IMG/VR virus record: IMGVR_UViG_3300029922_000007
Coordinates: 102,170-166,169 of that record
Reading direction: 5' to 3' (one strand)
Source of the DNA: a virus
DNA length: 64,000 bases
The notes under the pieces: model-generated
What the model saw: only the letters and a program-made list of their open reading frames with translations
Database searches by the model: none
Told to the model about the DNA's origin: nothing
Position numbers and translations under genes: made by a program
In this document: in pieces, positions 46,310-54,472 of the stretch
Layout of the letters: every line of letters begins with the position of its first letter
How positions within the stretch are numbered: the stretch's first letter is position 1

Positions 46310-46879
46310 TCAAGGGGTATTTTTCTTTCTTGGGCCGGATAAATCGCGAGACGTCTTTCGGCGGTGACAAGTCTTACATAAACAGACTACCCCTTCCAAG
46401 TTCAGTGAAAGAGGTTTATTTCCCTTATAGATGGCCTGCACATGATCGATTTCCGGTTCATGTCCTTCAGGGCTCTTTTGTTTAATTCTCTTCATTAGCC
46501 AATAGGAATAAACTACCTTAAAATCATTAGGCTTATCGTAGACTCTACCGTTAACCAAAAGCTGAAGGATGAGCGGAACGTAGTCATATTGACAATCGGA
46601 GCACTTGAAATCTTGTCTGACCAATAAATACCATAGGGAATTCTCACCTTGAGGGTAAAAATGAGCCTTTGCAGATTGAGAGCAGTCTTTCCCGCAGTAC
46701 TTTATTCCTTTAACTTTCATGGCATTACACCATGCGCACAGCCTTACGCCATCTACGATGATGGGCTGTATTAGAGTAAGGGCTACGGACCTGTTTTGGC
46801 ACGATTTAATAAGTTCGATGGCTTTAGGGTTCGTAGGAGGTTTGAGCATCAGAAGGATAATATCATGGATCGGTCTCAT
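46310..46879 (-). CDS. HNH endonuclease
   Basis: RQDFKCSDC..EIDHVQAIYKG..LCKTCHRRKT. Confidence 0.75.
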   Translation of the reverse strand: MRPIHDIILLMLKPPTNPKAIELIKSCQNRSVALTLIQPIIVDGVRLCAWCNAMKVKGIKYCGKDCSQSAKAHFYPQGENSLWYLLVRQDFKCSDCQYDYVPLILQLLVNGRVYDKPNDFKVVYSYWLMKRIKQKSPEGHEPEIDHVQAIYKGNKPLSLNLEGVVCLCKTCHRRKTSRDLSGPRKKNTP

Positions 46880-46900
46880 GATATAGGTTATTGTAGTGAA

Positions 46901-46967
46901 GCCCTCTTTCTCTCGTACGAGACGGTTGGTTTTGCAACGAAACTAACCGGAGAGAAAGAGGGTTTTT
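46901..46967 (+). promoter_or_regulatory. RBS-sequestering/attenuator hairpin upstream of the EndoVII-type gene
   Basis: CCCTCTTTCTCTC pairs with GAGAGAAAGAGGG (contains the SD); inner 10-bp stem; then TTTTT-ATG. Confidence 0.7.
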
Positions 46968-47738
46968 ATGTCTGATATTCCTGCCGCGAATCCTACCAAG
47001 CAATGTTCCAAGTGTAAGGAAGTTAAAGAGTTGGGTGAGTTTACCAAAAGTAGGAACCGCAAAAACGGAGTGGGATCTTGTTGTAAGGATTGCAAAAATA
47101 AGCAAAATGCAGCCTGGCAATCTCTCCCTTACGATCCAATACCTGAGATTAAAATCTGCACACTTTGTCTTATCGGTAAAAACCCAAATCGGTTTAGCAA
47201 AGCTAAAAATTCTAGAGATGGTCTGTGTCCCCAATGTAAGGATTGTAATAAAATTAACGCTAATCTCTATAGAGAGCAGCCATTGGACCCTCAGGTAAGT
47301 AAGATATGTGCCTCTTGCAATACGGAGAGATCTCCGCAAGAATATAGTTTTAATAAGACAGCGAGGGATGGTCTACAATCTATCTGTAGGGACTGTGCTA
47401 GAGAAGCACGTTTTAAGAAAGATTACGGAATTTCTATTGAATACTATAATCAGATCCTAGAAGAACAGGACGGGAAATGTGCTATCTGCCACATAACGCA
47501 AAACGAGAATGTTATCAATAACAAATCTGGGGAGCCTGCGCGATTTGCGGTAGACCACTGCCATAGAACTGGGAATGTGCGAGGATTACTGTGTGATCGT
47601 TGTAATAGAGCATTAGGAGCATTGCGCGATAACCCTAAAAGTGCTGAAAATGCTGCTGCTTATTTAAGATCCGGAGGGTCCATAAAACAAAAAGGGCACC
47701 TGATTACCTCAGATGCCCTTAACAAGATGTCTACCTAG
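46968..47738 (+). CDS. Endonuclease VII-type homing endonuclease
   Basis: Three KxCxxC..F..CKxC repeats; YGIS..Y..Q.GKCAIC; AVDHCH.TG.VRGLLC.RCN.ALG. Confidence 0.9.
   Translation: MSDIPAANPTKQCSKCKEVKELGEFTKSRNRKNGVGSCCKDCKNKQNAAWQSLPYDPIPEIKICTLCLIGKNPNRFSKAKNSRDGLCPQCKDCNKINANLYREQPLDPQVSKICASCNTERSPQEYSFNKTARDGLQSICRDCAREARFKKDYGISIEYYNQILEEQDGKCAICHITQNENVINNKSGEPARFAVDHCHRTGNVRGLLCDRCNRALGALRDNPKSAENAAAYLRSGGSIKQKGHLITSDALNKMST
47684..47720 (-). terminator. Intrinsic terminator of the stand-alone DUF3494 gene
   Basis: Minus strand GGGCATCTGA-GGTAA-TCAGGTGCCC (U-G wobble) followed by TTTTTGTTTT. Confidence 0.75.
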
Positions 47739-47744
47739 ATGAAC

Positions 47745-49070
47745 TTAGCAGTGATAGGCGTTCTGGACAACAACCGTAACAGTTGATCCAGAAACATAAG
47801 CATTTGCGCCAGCGAGAACAGGCGCTCCTGGCCCAGTAGCTTGAGCATTGACGACAGAAGCCGCACTCAGAGTTACAGCTCCCGTAAGAGCGATGAGGCT
47901 CCCATTGACCGTTCCACCTAGGGTATCTGTGATACTGGCTTCAGCAATAATGTTACCCTGGAAAGTGCCAGCCGTACCGGAATTAATAGTAGCCGAACTA
48001 CCAACGATCCAGAAGATATTGGCTGCAGTAGCTCCACCTGTCAAGGTCATGGTTGGAACACCGCCAGCACCGGTAGTAAGGGTAGAAGCCGCATAGATAT
48101 TGTATACGCCCGCACCGTTGAAGGTCAAAGTTCCAGGACCTGAAGTTGCCAAATGGAAGGTACCACTCGACTCCTTGTAGTTACCTGGAGTCAGAGTTTG
48201 ACCGTCAAGGGTAGCTGAAATAGCGGTCCCAGCCGAGCAGAGCGTTTGCTTTGCGGTAAAAGACGCTTGAGCGTTCGTTTGTCCAGTTGCAGCCACTGAA
48301 TCAGCAATGTGCTCAGTTCCCGTATATGTACCAGGTGGGAAACCGGTGATGGACGTCCCTGGAGAAATACCCAGATCTCCGGTCAGAACGCTAGCACCGG
48401 TATTCGTCACGGCGGAAGCAGCTAGAATTGCGAATCCACCAGGAGGGGTAATGGTAGAGCTAAGGACGGCTTGCGTCTTAGAGGCGACAGTAGCAGCAGA
48501 ATCGCCAGCGCCAATCGTCACTTCAATGCCAGTAAAGCCAGCAGGAGCTGGATCAGTATTTGAACCGCCAGAGACGTTGTACCAAACGTAGTACTTGTGA
48601 GCATTAGCTGCAGTAAACAATTCCCAATACTTACCGGCACCAGTCGAAGCAAAGGCGGATCCGGCTGGGAAGGTCATAGCCTCAAATTGCTGCCGAGCAT
48701 TTCCTACATAGTTGATAGTAAAACTAAATCCGGCAGGCATGGAAACGTTAATTACTGGGCTATTAGAAAGAGGCGGCCCACTTTGATAGCCACCGGCCAA
48801 ATTGTCCATGACAGATTGAAAAGCGGAATCGGGCAATTCAAAGCCGTCACGAACGAAGGACTGGGAACGCAGAGAGAGGCATACCGAGCCCAAGATGCAA
48901 GCCTGAAGTTCCGAGGCCACAGCGGGATCCGTGAGGCAATCCGTGAGACGGATATAGTCAGCAGGCGTAAGAACGGTACTGTTCTGGATATTAGCCGCTA
49001 AACGCTGACCAGAGGCTGTGCTGGCCATGCCAGAAATCAAATAACTGAGAGACTCGGTGGATAATGCCAT
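47745..49070 (-). CDS. Putative virion protein with DUF3494/ice-binding-like domain
   Basis: FAILAASAVTNTG..GDLGISPGTSITGFPPG..LDGQTLTPG..NIFWIVGSSATI..GNIIAEASIT..GSLIALTGAVTL (about 47845-48440); AAGGAG SD. Confidence 0.85.
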   Translation of the reverse strand: MALSTESLSYLISGMASTASGQRLAANIQNSTVLTPADYIRLTDCLTDPAVASELQACILGSVCLSLRSQSFVRDGFELPDSAFQSVMDNLAGGYQSGPPLSNSPVINVSMPAGFSFTINYVGNARQQFEAMTFPAGSAFASTGAGKYWELFTAANAHKYYVWYNVSGGSNTDPAPAGFTGIEVTIGAGDSAATVASKTQAVLSSTITPPGGFAILAASAVTNTGASVLTGDLGISPGTSITGFPPGTYTGTEHIADSVAATGQTNAQASFTAKQTLCSAGTAISATLDGQTLTPGNYKESSGTFHLATSGPGTLTFNGAGVYNIYAASTLTTGAGGVPTMTLTGGATAANIFWIVGSSATINSGTAGTFQGNIIAEASITDTLGGTVNGSLIALTGAVTLSAASVVNAQATGPGAPVLAGANAYVSGSTVTVVVQNAYHC

Positions 49071-49110
49071 AAAAACTCCTTAATTGTAACCCAATATAGT
49101 GGATTACGTA

Positions 49111-49118
49111 CAAGATTG
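49111..49118 (-). promoter_or_regulatory. Putative late promoter motif CAATCTTG
   Basis: Intergenic, 40 nt upstream of ATG 49070. Confidence 0.55.
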
Positions 49119-49149
49119 GAATAATGTTTCTTTCTGAATAGACAACTAG

Positions 49150-49344
49150 TTAATATCTTTGACTATTTCCTAAAATAAAAGGAAACCCATAGCTTTTGAA
49201 CCTGAACTTGACTTCAAACCTAAAACGGTAATAGTTTACCTCCGTTAAGCCTCCATTTTCCCATCCCCAGCCAAAACTAACCCCATATTCGGGCGGATTG
49301 TAGTTCAGTCTTTTCCAAGTAAGGGAAAACTTAGGTAGACTCAT
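49150..49344 (-). CDS. Hypothetical protein
   Basis: ATGA overlap. Confidence 0.55.
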   Translation of the reverse strand: MSLPKFSLTWKRLNYNPPEYGVSFGWGWENGGLTEVNYYRFRFEVKFRFKSYGFPFILGNSQRY

Positions 49345-49691
49345 TTGTTCTTCACCAATCCAATAAATACTGGTTTCTTAGGTTTCTTCATCTCTAATAT
49401 CATTCCTTTCGTGCCTGGACTTACCCCGTCCCAAACAGCTACAAGGGCATCAGCGTATTGGGCCATTTCTCTATTCCTGCGATGGCCAGCGCTCTTTCCG
49501 AACCGAATCCAGTCAGCCGGAAACACCTTCACTGGTAATCCATTCTTTTCTGCAAAAATCTCGCCTAAACGGTCTACCCCTCTAGCCCCACCGGAAACGA
49601 CCTCGGTAATATCAAACTTGGACATCAACGAGGCATCTTCTACTAGATATAGACTCGTTACATCTCTAGAACCTGCAATGATGACTTTCAT
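49341..49691 (-). CDS. SLOG-family (DUF2493/YspA-like) protein
   Basis: IIAGSR, VSGGARGVD, AG..RN.EM, W.G.S.GT..MI. Confidence 0.85.
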   Translation of the reverse strand: MKVIIAGSRDVTSLYLVEDASLMSKFDITEVVSGGARGVDRLGEIFAEKNGLPVKVFPADWIRFGKSAGHRRNREMAQYADALVAVWDGVSPGTKGMILEMKKPKKPVFIGLVKNK

Positions 49692-49915
49692 CCAATAACC
49701 ACTAGTTGATTCCTGCACTTCCAAAAATCCCACAGTCTCATTCGTTTGTATTCGAAAAGAATTCCCACTGCTTGATATGGTTCCAGGAACATCCTAGTCT
49801 CATCCACAAGATCGGCATGGACTCTGATAACTACCGTATGTTTCCTATTGTTGATATGGATCCTAGCAACGGTCCTTAAGCTAAATAGGTATTCTGCTAG
49901 TTTATCGGCGCTCAT
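49688..49915 (-). CDS. Hypothetical protein
   Basis: ATGA overlaps. Confidence 0.6.
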   Translation of the reverse strand: MSADKLAEYLFSLRTVARIHINNRKHTVVIRVHADLVDETRMFLEPYQAVGILFEYKRMRLWDFWKCRNQLVVIG

Positions 49916-50292
49916 GGCTTTCTTCCTGTGATCCTGAGAGGGGGTTGATTACTGGGCATACTACATTGAACCGAACCTACGGACCTATTCTCTTCGTCGA
50001 ACCAAAACCTATGCGAGATAGGCGCTACGCTGCTGTCGAATAGGCCAACTTTTACGTGGCTATATCTATTACCTGGTTGAATCGGGGCAGACCACAAGTC
50101 TAAAGGCTGAACTAAATAGTTATCGAATCCGTTAATTTCTTGAATCTTAATAATCTTGAAAGAAGCTAAGAATTGAACTTCTGATGTGTTTTCATTTAGG
50201 TTTAGGGTTGACATATAACAGCCTCCTTCCTCCAGCATTGGAGTATGAGCGCAACCAGTCAAAAAGAGTAAAAACGGAACGAGATATTTCAT
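49912..50292 (-). CDS. Lipoprotein
   Basis: MKYLVPFLLFLTGC lipobox. Confidence 0.7.
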   Translation of the reverse strand: MKYLVPFLLFLTGCAHTPMLEEGGCYMSTLNLNENTSEVQFLASFKIIKIQEINGFDNYLVQPLDLWSAPIQPGNRYSHVKVGLFDSSVAPISHRFWFDEENRSVGSVQCSMPSNQPPLRITGRKP

Positions 50293-50296
50293 AAAT

Positions 50297-50530
50297 TTAT
50301 TCCTTCAAGTGTTTCTCTCTAAAAGAGTTCAGAGACTCAATAATATTCTGTTCTAGGATATCTCGTGGGCAATCAGGATAGCCGAGATGCTCATGTTCGT
50401 AGAATTTTTCGTCGTATTCTTTAGTAAATTCGATTCTAATCATTCCGGAAAAATCAGAATGAAAACTAACAACAAAATCTTCTTGTGTGATGTCATGAAG
50501 CTGATTTACGATATGGAGTCCAATTTTCAT
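50297..50530 (-). CDS. Hypothetical protein
   Basis: Operon packing. Confidence 0.6.
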   Translation of the reverse strand: MKIGLHIVNQLHDITQEDFVVSFHSDFSGMIRIEFTKEYDEKFYEHEHLGYPDCPRDILEQNIIESLNSFREKHLKE

Positions 50531-50615
50531 TTAAGGCCTCTTTTATCATTCAGTTTATCATTCATTAAAAACGGTAAGTATATAAAAATAAAGGGTTTCT
50601 GATAAAATTTATCAT

Positions 50616-51140
50616 TCATTTTAACGCTTCTTTAGATAACCCTAGCACACGCAAGGCCCAAAGCATATCACCATATTGGAAACCGTGCAATGATGAAGTC
50701 TTTACGAGTTTATCGGCTAAATGATCCATATCAGAGTCGTCATCAATAATTACAAAATCGGTAACTTCAAGATGATCATCAAGCCATCTCTGAATCTCTT
50801 GACCTCTAGATGTTCCCCAATCGAGGCGAGGGGTAACATCTATAACGGCATCTGAAACTAGTTTTGAGGGAGAAAGTATTTTCTTTAGAGATTCTACGGT
50901 TTCGCCTATACGCCAAGTACTAGAGACTACGATCTTTAAATCTGGTACTCTACGAATCAATTCTTCTACATTGGATAAAGCAATAGGGCAGAATTCCATA
51001 GCAATGTACTCTTTGAGAGTTCCTGGCCAATCACGGTACATCTCGTTTTCCCATTTACTCTGATCTCTTCGGTTATGCCAAAAAGTGGCGGACTGATGGG
51101 AATTGAGAACTCCGTCCACGTCTAAAAATATAACTTTCAT
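50616..51140 (-). CDS. HAD phosphatase (Swiss-Army-knife RNA-repair-type HAD)
   Basis: IFLDVDGVLN, IVVSSTWR, RG.EI..WL, FVIIDDD. Confidence 0.85.
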   Translation of the reverse strand: MKVIFLDVDGVLNSHQSATFWHNRRDQSKWENEMYRDWPGTLKEYIAMEFCPIALSNVEELIRRVPDLKIVVSSTWRIGETVESLKKILSPSKLVSDAVIDVTPRLDWGTSRGQEIQRWLDDHLEVTDFVIIDDDSDMDHLADKLVKTSSLHGFQYGDMLWALRVLGLSKEALK

Positions 51141-51643
51141 TTTGTTTCTCCCTGTCCTCTATAGTGTTCTCCCCTTTTTATTTTTCCTATATTTCTATCG
51201 TTGCAGTTCATCCTTTTCCCTATTTCTCTACATGTTACTCCTTCGGACAGCCATTTCTTAATCTGAATAATCTGTTCTATATTGAACATCGCTCTTTTAT
51301 TTTTTACACCTATGTCATCAGTTCCGTGTTCTTTTTTCCTGTGACAGTTTTTGCTTCTATTTTCCCAAATCAAATTTTCGGGTAAGTTATTTTTGTCGTT
51401 TCCGTCTAAATGGGATGCATCTTGATTTTCGTTAGGCTTTCCATTAAAAGTTTCGCATATAAGCCGGTGTACACTTCTAAGATAGGTTTTTCCGTCTTTT
51501 CTTAAGCCCACAAATAGATATTTACCTGTACTGTAAGTATGAGACTTTAATTTTCTAGGGTAAATATTCTTATAAGAATAAATATGCCCATCAGAACCTG
51601 CTTTGTAGCCTGGGTAGTCTTTTAGATCTTTCAGTTCTACCAT
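51137..51643 (-). CDS. NUMOD4/HNH homing endonuclease
   Basis: YPGY...DG.IYS; VHRLI..F; HLDGN..NN..ENL.W; C-terminal HTH. Confidence 0.85.
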   Translation of the reverse strand: MVELKDLKDYPGYKAGSDGHIYSYKNIYPRKLKSHTYSTGKYLFVGLRKDGKTYLRSVHRLICETFNGKPNENQDASHLDGNDKNNLPENLIWENRSKNCHRKKEHGTDDIGVKNKRAMFNIEQIIQIKKWLSEGVTCREIGKRMNCNDRNIGKIKRGEHYRGQGETK

Positions 51644-52074
51644 TTCAGGACCTCTTTAAAGAATTCTTCGTGTTCCTCTTCTTGGATAGCCATATCTAAG
51701 AGTAGCCCATAGGTAACTGTTTTGTCAAGGCCGTTACACTCCCTAGAAATTCGGTAGTAGGAGATTGACCCAAGTTTTTCGATCAATCCCGCGCCCCACA
51801 TAGCCACTCTATAGGACATAACTCTACAAGAAACGGAGATAGTCCTACCGATGAGCCAAAATACTCTATCTAGGAATGGACTTGGCTTAGCTTCTAACGA
51901 TTGCAGGATAGCCTCTACATACAACTTATGAGTCAGTTCTTCCAACCGGATTATCCTAAGTTCGGTCTTAATTCGACCGTGCGGCAAAGAAGCGATATGC
52001 CCAGTGTAGGCTTCCATGGCACCGACTTCCATCGCGTGGGCTTGTTGGAGCATACGAATCAATTTCTTATTCAT
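51637..52074 (-). CDS. Ferritin-like di-iron protein (Coq7-like)
   Basis: E..A..AY.GH, EExxH, IE, EEEH motifs. Confidence 0.7.
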   Translation of the reverse strand: MNKKLIRMLQQAHAMEVGAMEAYTGHIASLPHGRIKTELRIIRLEELTHKLYVEAILQSLEAKPSPFLDRVFWLIGRTISVSCRVMSYRVAMWGAGLIEKLGSISYYRISRECNGLDKTVTYGLLLDMAIQEEEHEEFFKEVLKW

Positions 52075-53093
52075 TGGGTCTCCCTAACGATCTTAGAGTA
52101 CACTTCATAGACGAAATTGTCAGCCCATTCTCGATCTGGCTCATCTCGAAGGGTAGATTTTTCATGGGCAATGTATAGATCGGCCAATCCCTGTTCAATC
52201 ATTTCTGCTACCTCATCGTAGGGAAGTTGGCCGAGTTTAACCTTCAAAAGAAGGTCGCGATCGGGACGAGGAAAGGTGATATGACCCGTATTTAGCAATT
52301 CCAGAGCTTCGCCGTTAACCCTCAGGCAATGTGAGATCGCCTTCCAGTCTTTGCCGCCCGCAATATGAGCCTTTTCAGCTCTAGCTCCATAGCTATCCAG
52401 CATCTTACCTACGATATCCTTGGCATACTTTACCGTAGCATGAAAGGGGATAGAGCGACCGTTTACTTTAAGGTGAGGAGCATCCAGTTCACCTTTAGGT
52501 CCTTTAAGCATTACAATTTCAATAAGCGGAAGTTTCTCAAGAGAAATAATGTCTCTAGATTGTTCCACAAGAGTCTCAAGATATGGACGGTAATCGTTTA
52601 AAGTAGCTCTAGGTGCCGTGAAATCTTCAAGCAATGCTGCGGTGCGTTTAAGGGCATCCATACGAGAACCTTTAATCCCATATTTGGCACATTGCTGTTT
52701 TGCATACCCAACGAACGCGTTAACGTTGCGAGTTAGAAGCTTATCTTTGTTGTCTTTGATAGTTCTCCATATGGTCAATCCTGGAACTTTCCCGTCATAG
52801 GTCCTGTAATAGGATTCCTCCATTGGAGCGAAGATCATATCGAGCGCGACCGTCTGTCCTTGCATTAGAAGGTCAAGATACCGATCAAGACTAAAAACTT
52901 CAACGTCTATATCGTCCTTAGTATTACGTTCACAAGTAGCCTTTGGGCGACATGTAGCGATAGTCTTCTTATAGGTACCAAGAACGATCTCTTTGGCGGT
53001 TGGAAGATAGATACCCTTAAAGTCTAAATCAGAATTTTCCGTATTGGTACCGTACAAGTGACTTCCGAATTTAATTTCTAGAATTTTATTCAT
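52071..53093 (-). CDS. Pol-beta superfamily nucleotidyltransferase (RlaP-like)
   Basis: FGSHLYGTNTENSDLDFKGIY; DWKAISH.LR..E..ELL.TG.ITFPRP..LL.VK.G. Confidence 0.85.
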   Translation of the reverse strand: MNKILEIKFGSHLYGTNTENSDLDFKGIYLPTAKEIVLGTYKKTIATCRPKATCERNTKDDIDVEVFSLDRYLDLLMQGQTVALDMIFAPMEESYYRTYDGKVPGLTIWRTIKDNKDKLLTRNVNAFVGYAKQQCAKYGIKGSRMDALKRTAALLEDFTAPRATLNDYRPYLETLVEQSRDIISLEKLPLIEIVMLKGPKGELDAPHLKVNGRSIPFHATVKYAKDIVGKMLDSYGARAEKAHIAGGKDWKAISHCLRVNGEALELLNTGHITFPRPDRDLLLKVKLGQLPYDEVAEMIEQGLADLYIAHEKSTLRDEPDREWADNFVYEVYSKIVRETQ

Positions 53094-53265
53094 TCCACTT
53101 ATCCAATTCTTCGACTGTGTAGGTAAACGCGGCATTGTGAGAGACGGATATCGTTCGATAGTTGTCAGTAATCAGTATTACCGTTCCGTCTGCATAATAA
53201 GTTTCTGGATCGTCATCGTGCCAATAAGGGACTAGGGCTGCTTGACTTAAGGGGTATTTATTCAT
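53086..53265 (-). CDS. Hypothetical protein
   Basis: 59-aa ORF MNKYPLSQAALVPYW...; read by eye. Confidence 0.5.
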   Translation of the reverse strand: MNKYPLSQAALVPYWHDDDPETYYADGTVILITDNYRTISVSHNAAFTYTVEELDKWNE

Positions 53266-53401
53266 GAGTAAACCTTAAAAGCGCTTTTTGGGTCCACTAC
53301 CCAAAACTTATACTGCCAAAGACACTTAACTAGAATACCAATTGGCATAAAACGTACGATCCTAACAAGCCTGCCATTGATATCGAGTACATCGTCTACT
53401 T

Positions 53402-54472
53402 TCATTGCAGCACTTTCATGCTATTGCCATCTGGCCTGATCTGTTTTAGTATGTAGCCATCGAGAGCATCGTTCTTCCCAAGAAGGAAAGGGAATATTCC
53501 TTGGCTATACTTCACATCGTTATTGGCCAAGTAAAGACCAACATTTTTACGCCAATCAGGCCCAAAATTCTTCAGATTGTGGGTAACTGTCTCAAGGGCA
53601 ATAGTAACGAGAACATTCTTATATTGCTGATCAAGTTCAGCAACGTAAGGCTCATAATCCTTACGAAGTTCTTCCGGGAGTTGCTGTAAGTATGTCTGAT
53701 CTACTTTGCCGCCCTTCATAGTTTCCCAGAGCGCGATTGGGGATAGGCTGGACATGAGTTTGGCGATTCGGAGATACTCTTTTCCTTTGATCTTAACGCG
53801 GGTTCCATTTTCAAAACGGACCACGAATCCTTCATCGTCCTTTGGTAAAGTTTCTTGGAGAGCGATCATTTCGGGGATAGTGTAGTTGTAACTCTTAGCC
53901 ATCCTCATGCCCATAGAAGCGGCCATATATTGAACGGTTTCGTGATCGTGCTCGTAACCATCGTTGCGGCGGAAGGCCCCAAGTAGAACCAACTCTTCCG
54001 TGTCTCCATAGTTAATTATGATTCGGTTCTGAGGGTAAATGATTTCAGCGAGAAGAGTCGTATTGGGCTCGATGGATGAGAGGTTGTATTTTTTGAGTAG
54101 TTCTGCTCCTTTGGCCGCTTGATCTGAATAGAAGCTACCGCGAGTAGAAACGTGCCATTCTCCCTCGTAGTGGAATATGATGCCAAGAGAGCCGTCGACC
54201 TTTTCTGAAACCGTATAGGGAAGATCTGGTAGATTTTTAAGAAATGTCTGCTCCATCTCACCCAAATTAAAAAATTTTGGTATGCATTTTCCGACAACGT
54301 CGCCAGTATCCTTATTTAAGATCAGTCCCCGAGCGATAAGTGTGTATTCGTCCCAAGCTCTTTCGAACGTACATTTATCGGTATAACCGTATAAAATCAA
54401 GGACTTATACTCACTCTTACGAAGGAATCCCAGTTCTACACGTTTTTCGAATTCTGATAGGTCGTATTTCAC
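53402..54472 (-). CDS. RNA ligase 1 (T4 Rnl1-like)
   Basis: ARGLI, KFFNLGE, EKVDGSL (adenylated K), TRGSF, EGFVV, RVKIK..Y. Confidence 0.9.
   Translation of the reverse strand: MKYDLSEFEKRVELGFLRKSEYKSLILYGYTDKCTFERAWDEYTLIARGLILNKDTGDVVGKCIPKFFNLGEMEQTFLKNLPDLPYTVSEKVDGSLGIIFHYEGEWHVSTRGSFYSDQAAKGAELLKKYNLSSIEPNTTLLAEIIYPQNRIIINYGDTEELVLLGAFRRNDGYEHDHETVQYMAASMGMRMAKSYNYTIPEMIALQETLPKDDEGFVVRFENGTRVKIKGKEYLRIAKLMSSLSPIALWETMKGGKVDQTYLQQLPEELRKDYEPYVAELDQQYKNVLVTIALETVTHNLKNFGPDWRKNVGLYLANNDVKYSQGIFPFLLGKNDALDGYILKQIRPDGNSMKVLQ

Noticed and set aside
14750-48440. DUF3494 copies as DGR template/variable repeats
   Set aside because: In the segments compared, differences are synonymous and not adenine-specific, and there is no reverse transcriptase in the window.
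50527-50619. Three TTTATCATTCA repeats as an operator
   Set aside because: Explained by a 30-aa minus-strand ORF (MNDK...MNDKLNDK) with ATGA overlaps at both ends; a regulatory role is unsupported.
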